DNA of 64,000 nucleotides from the human T2T-CHM13v2.0 reference genome, Homo sapiens: NCBI RefSeq assembly GCF_009914755.1, contig NC_060944.1. One strand, given 5' to 3'. This document shows positions 41,221 through 55,885 of the stretch, piece after piece; the first letter of the stretch is position 1; the number at the start of each line of letters is the position of its first letter. The notes below the pieces were generated by a model. It saw only the letters and a program-made list of their open reading frames with translations, searched no databases and was not told where the DNA came from. Made by a program: the position numbers and the translations under genes.

Positions 41221-41619
41221 GTAAGGACTCTCTTTAGGGCTCAAGGGGTCTAAACTTACCCTTTTACATACGGAGAAACTGAGGGCGCCCCAAAAGATGT
41301 GTCATCTCCAGGGCCACCGAGTGGTTGAGCAACAGACTGGAACCCAGCGTAGCAAATGGAAAGGCCCCGAGGCTGGCACACAGTATGAGCTGAGGCCAGT
41401 GGGCTTAAGAGCGACTGGGGAGGTGGGCTGGGGCCAGGCCAAGCAAGGAGCGTGGACTCCAGACCACAGCCATGGGGAGCCACTGGATTGGAAAGGTCTA
41501 GACACCATCTGGCTTGGGTTCTCAAGAGACCCCTCTGGCTACTGGGGACTGACTGGCCTGCAGGAGCGTGGGATGGGAGTCAGGAGACTTGGGAGGGTCA
41601 GGCCAAAAGCCGTGGAGTC

Positions 41620-42385
41620 ATCTCTGCCCCTGGCCCTTTTCTCTCACCCCTTACATCTGATCCATCAGCAAATCCCTTTGGCTCCACCTTCAAAATATAA
41701 CCGGAATCTGACCACATCTCACCGCCCCATTGCTGACACCCCTAGCAACCTCTCCCTGCACCTGACTTCCAACCTGGCCCTGCCACCCACCCTCCATAAC
41801 ACAGCCAGAGGGAAACGGCTGAAACAAGAGTCAGATCGCACCCCTCCCCTACTCCAAAGCCCCTGTGGCTCCCCACCTCACTCAGAATAAAGTCCTGAGC
41901 CTGGCCCTGGAGGGCCTCATGCTCTGGTCGCCCTGCCCATTCTGGCCATGTGTCCCCAAGGCTCTCGCCCAACCCCTGGCTGCGGCACACTCACAACTTC
42001 TTGGCATTCCTGCCTCCGGGCGGGCGTCTGTACATGCTGGGCCCCCTGCCTGGAGTGCCCTTCCTCAGATGTCTGCAGGGCCAGCTCCATCTTCTCCTTC
42101 CTGTTGTCAGATGCCACCTTCCCAGGAGGCCTCCCTAACCACCCCGTTTAACATGGCCCCACATCTCCTTCCGTCACACACACATGCTTTCTCGGCTCCA
42201 TTTTCTCCAAAATGTGCGTCACTTTCCAATGTACCATTTAATGAACTTATTCATAGTGTTTATTCCAGCTCTGTCCCCCATTAGGATTTCAGCTTCCTGA
42301 GGACAAGGTTCTTTGAGTGGCCCATGCCCAAAACAGGCCTGGAGCATGGTAGATGCTTGGTAATGACATGCTGTTGAACTTGAGT
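41620..42385 (+). mobile_element. L2 LINE fragment
   Basis: atccatcagcaaatcc...caccttcaaaatat...ctcagaataaagtcc, L2 motifs. Confidence 0.75.
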
Positions 42386-43242
42386 GGTTTTCCTAACAAT
42401 TCTAGGTGGGAGATCACCCTCATCTCCTGTCACAGAGAAGGAAACTGAGGCTCATGGAGGAAAATAAATTGCTCGAGGTCACAAGGCCAGGACACTCTGG
42501 GGCTGGGGTTTGGACAGAGCCTCCTGCTCTGTCCGGCTCAGGCTGGCATGGGCTGGGAGCAGGACCTCTGAGCTGGCGTGTGGCAGGGGCCCTGCCAGGT
42601 GCCCTGCGGTTGGTACCCTCCCTGAGGGGCCATGGCGGGCTGGGCCGGGAGAAGGCGGTGGCAGCCCTGGCAGTTCCACCCGTTCCAGGGTGGTGTAAGA
42701 GCAGGTTGGGAAAGGCCCAGGGGCACCAGATCCATCCTACAGTTGCCCAGTCCTCAGAGCCTGAACGGCCACGGGTGAGAAAGGAAGTCAGCAGGATCCA
42801 AAATAGGCCTGTGTTTCGGGAAGTGAAACTGGGCATCGGGGACGCCAGGCCGGAGGAAGGCCTGGGCCTCCTGGGTTGGGGGCCCCCGGGGCGGGGGTCT
42901 TTCCTTGCCTCCTTGGCCTGGGGACAGTTGGTCTTGGGACTGATCCCTGCCAGGACCTTGGGAATGAGCTCAGGCCCCTCTCGCAAGCCAAGTGACCCTG
43001 GACACATCACTTCAGCTCTCTGATCTTCAGTCTTCTCATCTGTAAAGTGGGGCTAAGGGTAGGACTTGCCTCACTGGGGACTGGGAAGGTGAGACTGTGC
43101 CCTGAAGCCCAGGATGGTCACAGTTACCCTTGGCGTTGCAGAGCCATCGTGGGTGCTCCTCGTCCAGGAAGCACCCCCAGATCCTTAGATCAGAATGAAT
43201 CACTCCCTCCCCAGTGTCCCCAGCCCCTCTCAATTTCTTTCT

Positions 43243-43624
<382 letters not shown>

Positions 43625-45224
43625 TGAGTCTTCTTGGTGTCCCCAGTGCCCAGGATAGAGCCTGGCGGATGGGAGGTGCCACCCATGGGCCAAATGAATT
43701 AGTGAAGGAGCCAGGGTCGGAGGCCTGTGGATGCCCTTGAGGGGTCTGATCCCTGCCTCCCGACAGCCAGCTCCTCAGGGGTGGCCTGGAGTTTTGGCAA
43801 GAGGAGGCTCTGAGGGCAGGTGAGTCATGTTTCCCCTGAATCTCAGTTTGCTCATCTGTAAGATGGATGAGAAATGGGACCCACAGCTTCTCTGTCCCAG
43901 ATCAATGAATGGATCACCCAAGATGCCACTCTAGGAACCTCAGAATGTGCCTGGGGCAGGGCTGCCCCAGAGTGGAACCCTTCAGGCCCAGGTGACCTGC
44001 ATTCTACTTTCTCCAGCCCCTCTCCTGCCCTGGCAAGAAGCAGGACTTTGTAGCAGAAAAACTCAGGTGTAGCGGGGCGGGCAGGGAAGGTGTTACCACC
44101 TAATAGAATCAGGAAGCTCTAAATAACGATGAAGTGCACATGCTGCAGGGGGCCTTACACCATCCAGGCTTTACAGCTAAATCCCAGAGAGGTTAGGCTA
44201 CGTGTCCAAGTTCACACAGCAAATTAGGGCAGAGCAGGGAGTGTGCCCAGCCCTCCTGACTTTCAGTCCCAGGGTTCATTCAGCCCATCTACCCTGAGCA
44301 ATTGCTGGACACCTGTGAGCACATTTCATAGTCACCGCATCTCCACAAAAGCGAGAATCAGAACACCCATCCTACAGATGAAGACCTCAGGCTTTGAGAA
44401 GGGAAGGCTCTCCCAGGACCTTTCTCACCCACCTGAGGCCCCACCTTTGGACCTACTTAAGGGCTCCTGAAGGTCCCCTGAAGGCTGGGCCTCCAAGCCC
44501 AGGACTAAACTCAGAGCTGTGTGGCTCCTCCAGGAAGGACCTCCGAAGGTCCATGTCTTCCTGAACTTCCCATCAACCTTCTCATTCTACCAGTCTCACC
44601 CAGGAGTCAGCTGCTTGTGCACACTGGTGCCTGGAAGTCCCACTGTGCACTCAACTAGCTAGACTGAGAAATGAGAACAAACACGCGCTGCCCGGCATTT
44701 GCTGTGTGCTGGGACTGACCACAGCTCTCCCGAGTCTCACAGGATCTCCGTGAGGTCAGCTCTGCGATCGGCCTCATCTCACAGTTGGGGAATGTCATGC
44801 ACACCCGTGACTGAGCTCAGCTCTGAAAACCTGTTCCTCTCTCAGTTCCCAGCCCGGGGAGAGGCACCACTGTGCTGAGCACCAGGAGTCACTCCTGGCT
44901 CCTCCCACAGCCTCTCCCCCTACAGCCTGTTAAATCGACCTCCTAACTTAGCCACTAACCTGCTCTGTGAACTGAGACTAGTAACTAGTAATCTGTCAAA
45001 CAGGATAACAGCCCAGGCCCGGGAAGAGTTGCAGGGACTCGCCACCACTGCCCAGCTGTGTGACCTTGGGCAGGAGAACCCACCTCGCTGGGCTGAGGTT
45101 TCCATATCTATAAAGTGGGGATGATAATATGGCTCACTGTCCAGGGACGTGGTAAGGATTCAGTGACCCCCTCCCTCTTGTCATGCCTGAGACTTTGCTC
45201 CAGAAACTCTCCCCATACAAAGTG

Positions 45225-47430
45225 CTAGTTTTTCTTGAATTTTAAAAGAACCCTTCTCTGAGCACCCCTCCCTTCTCTGCTGTCCCGTTTTTCTCCAGCT
45301 GTCCGGTTTTTCTCCAGCCCTTCGCTGGAACGCCCTGAAAACACACCTATTCTCGCTGTCTCCAGAGTCTCTCTCCCCTCTTCTCCCTTCAATCCACTCC
45401 CCACAGGGTCTCCCCTCCCCCTCCCGAGGAAATGAAGAAACTTCGCGTTTCTAAACCTGCCCAATGCCATCTCTCAGACCTCCCTATCTGGACCTGTCAG
45501 TAGCATCAGATGCAGCTAACACCTGCTGCTCCTTCAAACGCTGTCCTCCCCTGGTTGTGAGAAGAACCCTCCCTGCCAGTTCCCTGGCTGCCCCTTCTCA
45601 GTCCATTTTCTGCCTCTTCGCCAATCTCTCCCTCACCTCTCAGGCTGGGGGCCGTGGGCTCAATCCCTGGGCTGCTGTCCCTTTCCATCTGCCTTCCTCC
45701 CTGGCTGACTTTAAAGACCGATTCTCTGCTGCCCTCCACACTGATATCAACAACCTGGACATGCCCCCTGAGCTCCAAAGCCACACATCCACTTCCTCCT
45801 GCACAGCTCCTCCGGGCTTCTCCAGGATCTCCTGATATTTGCACATAGATCGGTTCCACCCTCAACCCTCCTCATCCCAGAGAATGGCGACTGCATTCTC
45901 CCCTGGCCCAGGCCGGAACACTGGCTGTCATCCTCAACCCTTTACCCCGTCCATCTCTAACTCTCTCTCATCTGTCTCTAATTCTTTCTCTCTGCGTCTG
46001 TCTCCCTCTCTGCCTCTGTCTTTCTGACTTTGTCTCTCTGTCTCTCTCCCTCTGACTCTGTCACTCTGACTCTGCCTCTGTCTTATCTCTGTCTCTCTCT
46101 CTGTCTCTGACTCTGACTCTCTGTCTCTGTCTCTGACTCTCTCTCTCTGTCTCTGACTCTCTGTCTCTGTCTCTGACTCTGTCTCTGAGTCTCTGTCTTT
46201 GTCTCTGACTCTCTGTGTCCCTGTCTCTGACTCTCTGTGTCTGTCTCTGAATCTCTGTCTCCCTCTGTCTCTCTCTGTCTCTGACTTTGACTCTCTGTCT
46301 CCTCCGTCTCTGACACTCTGACTCTCTGTCTCTAACTCTCTGTCTCCCTCTGTCTCTGATTCTGTCTGACTCTCTGTCTCTGATTCTCTGTCCCTCTGTC
46401 TCTGTCTCCCTCTGTCTCTGACTCTCTATCTCCCTCTGTCTCTGACTGTCTTTGGTTCAGACACTCTGTGTCCCTCTGTCTCTGACTCTCTGTCTCTGTC
46501 TTTGACTCTCTGTCTCCCCCGTCTCTAACACTCTGTCTCTGACTCTGTCTCCCTCTGTCTCTGATTCTGTCTGACTCTCTGTCTCTGACTGTGTCCCTCT
46601 CTGTCTCCTTCTGTCTCTGACTCTATGTCCCTCTGTCTCCTTCTGTCTCTGTCTCTGACTCTCTGTCTCTGATTCTCTGTCTCTGTCTCTGACTCTCTGT
46701 CTCTCTCTGTTTCTGACTCTCTGTCTCTGTCTCTGACTCTCTGTGTCTCTCTCTGTCTTACATCCCACATCACTGCATCAGTGAATCCCATGGACTCTGA
46801 CCCCAAACACATCTCAGTCCCCAGAGCTGCTCACAACCCCTCAGCCTCCCCTGGGCCAGCCTCCACCATCTCACCTGCATCTTCACTCCACTGCCTCCCT
46901 GTTCTGGGGGCTTCTGCCCATGCCGCCTGCAGTCTACTCTCCACCCGGCGGCCAGAGGGGCCCCGTCCCAGGAGAGTCAGGCCCGTCCCTCTGCTCAGGC
47001 CCAGCAGTGGCTCCTGTGTCACTCGGAGAAGCCCAGTCCTCATAGAGATCTTCTTTGAGCCTGCACACCCCCGACCATGGCTTCTCCTGCCCAGTCTCCC
47101 TCCCCTGCCAGGCTGACCCCACTGTAGCTCCTGCCAGGGGTGTTTGCCTCCTGGAAAGTTCTTCCCCTAGCAGCAACAGCAGAAACATCCTACCTTCTTT
47201 CAGGGCCTGGAGTAGGAGTCTCCTTCTGGGGAGGCCCAGCCCGTGCCCTGTCTACCATCCTGACCACTGCCTGGCCCTTCCCCACCTGTCCCCTTCTCTC
47301 TTCTGTGCTGTCCTCACACACCACCTATTTCATCTGTTTACCATGTTTGTCGTAGGTTCTCCCAGGAGGGCAGGGCTTTGGGCCTGTGTTCACGCCGCCT
47401 TGCCCGGGCCTAGAATAGGGCCTGGCCTGC
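45225..47430 (+). mobile_element. L2 LINE (ORF2 3' relic), split by the CT-rich repeat
   Basis: ctggacctgtcagtagcatcagatgcagct (degenerate LDLS.AFD region of the reverse transcriptase) and downstream L2 3' motifs. Confidence 0.65.
45955..46757. repeat. Pyrimidine-rich (TCTCTG/TCTGAC)n degenerate repeat interrupting an L2
   Basis: About 800 bp of tctctg/tctgac hexamer variants with L2-like sequence on both sides. Confidence 0.9.
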
Positions 47431-47833
47431 AGCCGGGAGCCAGGCTGCTCGCTCTTGGTGAAAGAGTGCCCAGGAGGGGCACAGTGAGGGCATGCAGGGT
47501 GAGAGCTCTCAGGGCCTGGGCGCGGCTATGGCAACGCAGCCTATGCCTGCCAGTCCCTTGGCGGGGCCTGTGGCCTCCCTGCCTTCACTGCTGTCCACGG
47601 CTCTCACTGGCCCTGCCTTCCTCCGGCCTGTGGCCCCACTCAGACCCACCCCATTCCCCACAATGGATGTCAGAAAGGCCTTTAAAAACCTGGATCTAAT
47701 TATGTCACCCCCTCCCCTGAGCCCTGCAGTGGCTGCCGGTGGCCCTCGGGATCATGTCCAGAGTCCCTGCGTGGCGTGAAGGCCCCTGGAGACCCGGCCT
47801 CAGCCCCCTCCCCTGTCTCTTCCTCCCCTGCAG

Positions 47834-48226
47834 ATCTGCCCCCATCTCCCTGGAGGTGGCCTGTTCTCCACGCCACCCTCACAGGCTGCCTGGCGGACTC
47901 TCCTCACAGCACTGTGCTTCCCGGGGCCCACTTGTACAGGCCCCATGCGAGAAGGACCTCGGGCAGTGTATAATCCTCCAAGGGCCCACAGGAACAGCAG
48001 TGACAACTGTGTTATGAAGCACCTACTATGTGCTGGGGACAAGAATGGAACAAGAAGACATGCTTTGCCCTCACCCCTGGAGGGCAGCTTCCAGCCAGGG
48101 AGGCAAATACCTCCTCCCCAGACTCCTTCCACAGATCCCCAAACTCTGCCTCTCTCCTTCAGATCCCTGCTCAGATGTCACCAGCTCTGTGCAGCCTCCC
48201 TGCCACCAAGTCTAAAATTGCCATAG
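47834..48226 (+). CDS. Second part (ICPHLPGGGLFSTPPSQAAW...SLPPSLKLP*) of the putative 140-aa spliced ORF
   Basis: Open for 130 codons from the acceptor to TAG 48224-48226 (extends track ORF 47945..48226 by 37 codons). Followed by AATAAA at 48381. No recognisable domain. Confidence 0.4.
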   Translation: MCPHLPGGGLFSTPPSQAAWRTLLTALCFPGPTCTGPMREGPRAVYNPPRAHRNSSDNCVMKHLLCAGDKNGTRRHALPSPLEGSFQPGRQIPPPQTPSTDPQTLPLSFRSLLRCHQLCAASLPPSLKLP

Positions 48227-48380
48227 TCCCCTCAGTTCCTCACCCCTCTCCCTGCTTTCTTTGTCTGTCTCATCCATGAGGATGTGCCCTCTGGGAAGGG
48301 CAGGCAGGAGCTGGCTATTCTGTTCCTTGCCCTGTCCCCAGCACCGAGGACAGTGCCAGGCATGGAGGAAATAATTGCTG

Positions 48381-48394
48381 AATAAAGAAATAAA
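48381..48394 (+). terminator. Tandem polyadenylation signals (AATAAA x2)
   Basis: AATAAAGAAATAAA, about 155 nt after the ORF stop, at the position of an L2 3' tail. Confidence 0.55.
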
Positions 48395-51300
48395 ATCGAC
48401 ATTCTATGAGACATAAAGCACAGTTCAGACACATGGAGTGAGGGGTGGTTCCATTCTGACTGCGGTGATCCCGGTGGTCTCTCTGAGTAGGTGGCATTGA
48501 GCTGAGACCCAGTGATGTGAAGGACTGAGCGTGTGTGGAGGAAGAGTATTCCAGGTGGAGGAAGCAGTAAATGGCAAAGGCCCCGAGACAGGGCTGAGCT
48601 CTGTGTGTAAGTGAGGCCAGAGTTGAGTGAACCAGGGGAGAGCGGGGTGGGTGGGGCTGAGCTAGGGAGAAGTTTTCCTAAACCCTTTCCCAGGAGAGTA
48701 AACTGAGGCTCGGGGAAGCTAAGTGCTAAGTCCAAGGCCACAAAACAAGGAGAGGCAGAAACAGGCTAGACCTGGGTCTGCTGGTCTGAGGGGCCCTCTC
48801 TGTGCACCCTGGGACTCAGCCACGCTCTACTTATTAATAGCTAAGCCAGGTGGGGCCCCGCTGGGTCAGGAGCCCCAGGTTTAGGCTCAGCCCAGTGACC
48901 TCCAGGGCAAAGCCCAGTGAGTGAGCCCATGAATGGGGCCGGCTGGGGAACAACTGGAACCCTGGTCTCCCTAGAGCTGGGCCATTGGCATCTGGGGGAA
49001 GCCCGATTTGCTGGGGTCGGGGCTGACTGGCTGGGCCATTACCCGCCGGGGGCCTAGAGCCCACGGGGAAGTTGGGCCAGGTTGCCCCTGCTAGAACCTT
49101 CCCAGAGTCTAGAGCAGGTGGCCGTGATGCCCTGCTCTCTGCGGCTGGGACTCCAACTACTCCTGTCCCCTCCCCGGCTCACTGCCTGTGGGTCACTCCC
49201 GCTGCTCCCAGATGGCCATGCTCATTCCCTCCCTCCACAGGCCTTTTGCCCTGGCTGGTGCCTCTGCCAGGGACTCTTCCCCTAATCCTTGTGTGGCTGG
49301 CTCCCGCTCCTACTCGCGCCCCAGCTCAAGGGTCACCTCCTCAGAGGCCCCCCGACCACCTGTCTCAAGCAGCCCTGCTCTCACCCCCCTCACTCTCCAT
49401 CTGAGGGCCCTTTAAGGTCTTTCATGGTATTTAACAAAAATATCAGGCATCACATGTATTGTGGGCTTGTCTATTGTCAATGCCCTCTCCCTTCACTGGG
49501 GTGTAAGCACCCCATGGATCTTGTTCCCTGAAGTCTCCTCAGGGCCCAGCACAGGGCCTGACACTCAGTAGATGATTAATAAATATCTGTGGAATGAGAA
49601 CATGAGCGTCTACCCCGCTTATTGTATAAAAGCAGCAGTTGAGGTTCAGAGAGGGTAAGTCACTTGCCCAAGGTCACACAACAAACCAGAGGCAGAACCA
49701 CAGCAGGAGCCTGGCTCAGCTCACTTGACTCTGCGTCCAGTGCTCTTCAGCCTACACCATAACTAGCACTCAGAGTTCAACCAGCCTCACCCCAGCCTTT
49801 CAAATACAACCTTTATCCCTCATCCCCATCTTTCGGTCCTGGGAAGAAAGAAAATCTAAGTAGAAGAGGTGGAAGGGGGCAAACAAGGGAGACTAAGTAT
49901 CACAGGTGAACAGGTGCTCAGGATTCCTGTAGTCCCATGTAACAGATTCCAGCAAGGTTGGGTTCCTGGCCTGGGGCCTCTGGGCCTCTGGGCCCATGGT
50001 CCAGTCTCATCCTTGCCTGCTTGAGCTGGAAAGGGTTAAATTTTGTGCTTGGCTCCTGCCTTGCTGTGGACCGTGGCTGGGACAGAACATCTGTCTGTTG
50101 CTATGGTTGCCATACACTTGAAGGGGATGGCTGGATAATTATGGCAAACGCCGCCGAGCGAGTGAGCGGGTGCCCGGAAGTGGCTCGGGACCCTTGCCCG
50201 CCCAGTGCAGTGGCAGGCTGTGGGCCCCTTACCCACTGGCTCACTGTGGAGCCCCTGGCCCTGGACTTGAGTTCCTGAGCTAGCAGAGGAGTCAGCTGGG
50301 GCCACTTTGGCCTTTGCTTCATGAGTGAGCCTGGCTACAGAGCCCCCCGTGAATCCTGGAGCAGGGCAGACACCAGCAGCACTGGGCACCGGAGCCTGTG
50401 GGCTGTAGGCCTGCTGGCACAGGTGGTGGGCTCAGATAATGCCCTGGTGCCACTGTGTCCTCCCCCAGGGGAGAAGCCCTGTCATCTGTCCCTGCCATGA
50501 ATGCCCCAGAGCCCAGGAGGCAGCAGGTGGAGACCGACTGCCCACGTCCTGTCCTCTCGGCTCTGCCTGCTCGCAGGGATGCTTCAGCTTCCTCGTCTGC
50601 TCATGGAGGATGAGAGGGCCTCCCTGGCAGAGCTGAAGGAGGTCTGTCTGGATAGGGCCTGGGGAAGAGGTGGCTCTGGGACAGGAAATGGTTGCCCCAA
50701 CCTTGCTCAGCAGGGGGTGGGGAACCTTAAGCTGCCGTGGATTTAGACTGTGGTCCCGTGGAAAGGCTGGAGATTGCTTGGCACAGTAACCAGCTACATG
50801 ATTTGTGCTTGGATCCAACCCTTGCCCAGCCAAGCTGTGGGCAGGCAGAGGGGCTTGCACCCGGGAGGGCCAGCCCTTCCACCCCACCTCCTCCAGCCTC
50901 GCCATGGTAGGCAGCTGAGCTTCCTGAAAGCTCAGTACAGACTCGCAAGCTGGCAGACCCCAGAGGCCCGAGAGATGCTGGCTTCCAACTCCTTCTGTAA
51001 CCACCAGTGAGACAGAGGCCGGGCACCCTCCCCAAGGTCACCCTCACAGGTTCCTGGCTCTTCCCCATGCTGCTGCCCCCTCTCCTGGCAACTTCCCTCC
51101 TCCCATCTGCCTCCCTCACATAACAATTGCAGTCATAATAACTGACACCATGCCGGGCACTGAGCTGTGTGCACACGGCTTACTCCTTTAACAACCTACA
51201 GGGAGGGTGCCATTTTTAATGCTGTTTTCACTGGGAGATTATTGAGGCATGCAGCAGTAAAGAGAGCTCCCCAAGTTCTCCTGGCTGGGAAGTAGTACAG

Positions 51301-52734
51301 CCCAGAAGCTCCAAACAGGGCCACTCTGGACACTGACTCCTTTTCTTTCCCCCTCCCACTAAAGATGACCCCTTGAGAGCCAAGATGGTCTTATTCTTCT
51401 GTTTCTCCAGCTCTGTTCACAGAGGAGGCATGGATGCACATTTAACTTTCCACGCATGCATTCATTCAATATGCACTGAGCACAGGCGCCGGGCCCTGTG
51501 CTGAGTGAATCAGTGAACCCTCTTCCCCACATTGGGCTATCCAGAGGCTCAAAAGACATTTGCCCCAGGGCACAGAGATTCAAACGAAGGATGAAGTTAC
51601 TCTGGCAGCCATTACCTCCCAGCATCTCCCATTGGCCTGAAAGGGGCAGGGCAGTGACCACACCCTCATGTTACAGCAGAAGAAATGAAAGCTCAGAGAT
51701 ATGAGGAGCCCTGTCGAAGGTCATACAGCCATGTCTCAGGTGGGGCAGCCTCTGGAACCCAGGAATTCTGCACCCCACAGAGCTCGGTCAGCAGAGAAGA
51801 CTGCCTGCCCAGGCATGGGGATGACTTCGCTCTTGATGGAATCCCAGTTTGCCTGGGACCATCACAGTTTATACCCCTCAGTCTCAGGCAAGCTGGACAG
51901 CTGGTCATCCTAACTCAGGACCTCCCAAGTGCCACAAGCCCAGGCTTTCGGGTCCAGCTACCTGGTCTGGGATCCAATTTCCCTCCCTTCCAAAGACTAG
52001 GATCTTGGATAAGGGAGGGCTCCTCTGAGCCCCTGGTCCTCCCTCCCCCACCCAAGGACCTGTGGGCCCCGCCTCAGGCTGCCTTAACAAGTTGAAGTCA
52101 GTAGGCCTATGCCAGAGGAGCCACCAGGCCTGCCCAGTTCCTTAGGGAATGTTGGCTGAGCAAGGAGGCCCAAGGCCTCCTTAAAGAGACAGGCACAGGC
52201 TATAGCCAAGCTCCACATATTTAACAGGCAGCTCCTGTGAGCCATGAATCAGCATCCCAGGGCCCTTTGGACAACACAGAAGCATTTTCCCAGCCAGGTC
52301 TCTCTTGCAGCTATTGGGGTGAGGGTGGGGGTGGGACAAGGAGGCCTGCGAGAAGGGGCCTGGGCACAGGAAGGCTGCTCCTCTGCCAGCTGCAGGGCTT
52401 CCTTGGGGATCTATAGGTGCCAGGCACAGTTACCAAGACACATGGAGAAAGGGCTGCAGTGGGAGGCATGAGGCCTCTCTGGCTCCAGGCTTGATCCTCC
52501 TGCTGCCTAGTCATGTAATCTCAGATGGGCCCCTGAGCTTTCCCAGGCCTTACTGTCCCTGGAACAATGGCATCTGGCCTCTGCAACTGCTAAGCCCCCT
52601 TCTAGCCTTGCTAAGATCCACTGACTGAAACCAGTCTTCCAGATTCCCAGTGTTAGCTGGCTGAATCCTAGGCCTTCTGGTCCCTGGGTCTCAACACTCA
52701 GCCTGATAGAGTAGATGCTGAGGAATGCACAGTA

Positions 52735-53955
52735 GAAAGATGGATGGATGGATGAATGGGAGGGTGGATGGGAGGATGGATGGATAGATGAATGGATGGG
52801 TGGGTGGATGAATCAATGGATGGATGGATGAATGAATAAATGGACAGATAGATGCATGCATGGATGGATGGATGGATGGATGGATGGATGGATGGATGGA
52901 TGGGAGGATGGGTGGGTGGATGGATGGATGGATGGATGGATGGATGGATGGATGGATGAGAGGCTGGCTGGATGGATGGGTGGATGAATGAATGAATGGA
53001 TGGACAGGAGGGTGGGTGGATGGATGGATGAATGGATAGATGGATGGATGGGAGGCTGGATGAATGGATAGATGGATGGATAGATGGATGGATGGGAGGC
53101 TGGATGAATGGATGGATGGATAGATGGATGGATGGACAGATGGGAGTCTGGATGGATGAATCGGTGGAAAGATGAAAGGATGGGAAGCTGGATGGATGAA
53201 TGGCTGGCTGGATGAATGGACAAATGCATGGATGGATGAGAGGCTGACTGGCTGGCCATTTGGCTGGATGGATAGGAGGGTGCATAGGAGGCTGGCTGGA
53301 TGAATGGATAGGAGGCTGGGATGGATAGGTGGGTGGACGGATGGATGGATGAATGGATGAATTAATGAATGAATGAGTGAATGAATGAATAAATAAGTGG
53401 ATGGATGGATGGACAGGAGGCTGGCTGATGAATGGATGGGAGGATGGATGGATGGATGGATGGATGGATGGATGAATGGGCAGATGGGTGGATGGGCAGA
53501 TGGATGGATTAATGGATGGATGGACGGATGAATGGATGGGAGGCTAGATGGATTAATGGGGGAATGGCTGGATGAATGGACAAATGGATGGATGAGAGGC
53601 TGACTGGCTGGCCAGCTGGTGGGCTGGCTGGATAGGAGGCTGGATGGGAAGGTGGATGGGTGAATGGATGGATGGGAGGGTGGATGGGTGAATGGATGGA
53701 TAGGAGGCTGGATGGGAGGGTGGATGGGTGAATGGATGGATGGGAGGCTGAATGGGAGGGTGGATGGGTGAATGGATGGATGGGAGGCTGGATGGGAGGG
53801 TGGATGGCTGAATGGATGGATGGGAGGCTGGATGGGAGGGTGGATGGGTGGCTGCATGGGAGGGTGGATGGGTGAATGGATGGATGGGAGGGTGGATGGG
53901 TGAATGGATGGATGGGAGGATGGATGGGAGGGTGGATGGGTGAATGGATGGATGG
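52735..53955. repeat. (GGAT)n degenerate tetranucleotide array with a 40-bp higher-order unit in its 3' part
   Basis: About 1.2 kb of GGAT/GAAT/GGGT/GGCT variants. Source of the HPSI-repeat pseudo-ORFs. Confidence 0.93.
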
Positions 53956-54800
53956 AGAGAAGGGTCCCTGAACTGGTAGACTCCTTAGTGCCCAGCATGA
54001 GCTCTGCCTGATTCCACTTAGGTAAAGGGAAATTCAATGGGCAAATGAGTCCTTCACTCCTTCCTTGCTCTCAGTTCTCATATCCACTCTACTCCCAGAG
54101 CCCATCTATTTTACCTCTAACTCTCTCTCCAACTCCCCTACCACCTCCCAACAAAGGCCACTACCCCCTCTAGCCTGGACACCGCAGCACCCATCTCACT
54201 AGGCTCCCTGCTGCCTTCCAAACCCTACTTCAGGTCATTCTCTGAGGGCAGTAGGAGGAGTTATGATGTAAATTAGCACCTACTTCCCACCGCCTCAAAT
54301 CTCCCACTGGCTCTCCTGGAGCTCCTAACTGGGACTGAGTTACCTCTGGACCTCATCTTCCACTGCCTTCACGCAATCTCCGATCCCTCTGTGCTCTGCT
54401 ATTAAGTGGTCTCCTTGCTGTCTCCAACAGGCACCATGCTCTCACCCACTCCAAGACTTAGAACACTCCTCTGCCACCCATCCCCAGCCTCAGAGCCAAC
54501 ATACCCACATTTCACCCACCTACTTCCTACTCCCCTTCAGATCTCAAGTCAGCAGCCACTTCCACAAAGAAGCCCTCCTTGACCCCCAGCCTGGACTTTT
54601 ATTTTACAGCTCTTCTTACAGCTGCAGGCATGTGCTTGCATGGTTAGTAACATCTGTCCCCCAGGACACAAACCAGCATGGGCCTGGGGCTCTGTCTGTC
54701 CCATTCCCCGCTAGGCCCCTGTACCTAGCATAGCATCTGGCACTAAGTCAAGCTCATTGAGTATTAGTTTATTTATTTTAAATATAAAGGTTTTAAATAA

Positions 54801-55393
<593 letters not shown>

Positions 55394-55580
55394 TATTTGT
55401 TGAGTGAATGAATGAACAAATGAATAGATGGAAGCCTGCATGAATGGGAGGGTGAAGGATGGATGGAGAGAAGCAGAGTAAGGAGCCAGGAGGGAGAGGG
55501 TGAGGGAAAAGCTGTTTTCACAGGGTGGCTGAAGGTGGAGGAGCCATTCTCAAAGGAGGTAACATCTGAGAAGAATCGGG

Positions 55581-55885
55581 GGCCATGGGCTATGGCTCAC
55601 GCCTGTAATCCCAGCACTTTGGGAGGCTGAGGCAGGAGGATTGTGGGAGGCCAGTAGTTAGAGACCAGCTGGACAACATAGTGAGACCCTGCCTCTACAA
55701 AACATGAAAAAGTTAGCTGGTCGTACTGGTGCACACCCGTAGTCCCAGATACTCAGGAGGCTGAGGCAAGAGGATCACTTGAGCCCAGGAGTTCAAGGCT
55801 GCAGTGAACCATGATTGTGCCACTGCACCCCAGCCTGGGCCACAGAGCAATACCCTGTCTGAAAGAGAGAGAGAGAGAGAGAAAG
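55581..55885 (+). mobile_element. Alu (J-like) with a (GA)n tail
   Basis: Dimeric Alu. Confidence 0.85.

Noticed and set aside
48135-48163. Alternative acceptors (AG at 48133-48134 and 48161-48162) for the last divergent exon
   Set aside because: Plausible, but the 47833 acceptor has the longer pyrimidine tract and preserves the long frame. Cannot be settled without reads.
52691-54037. 448-aa HPSI-repeat ORF
   Set aside because: Translation of the (ATCC)n repeat.
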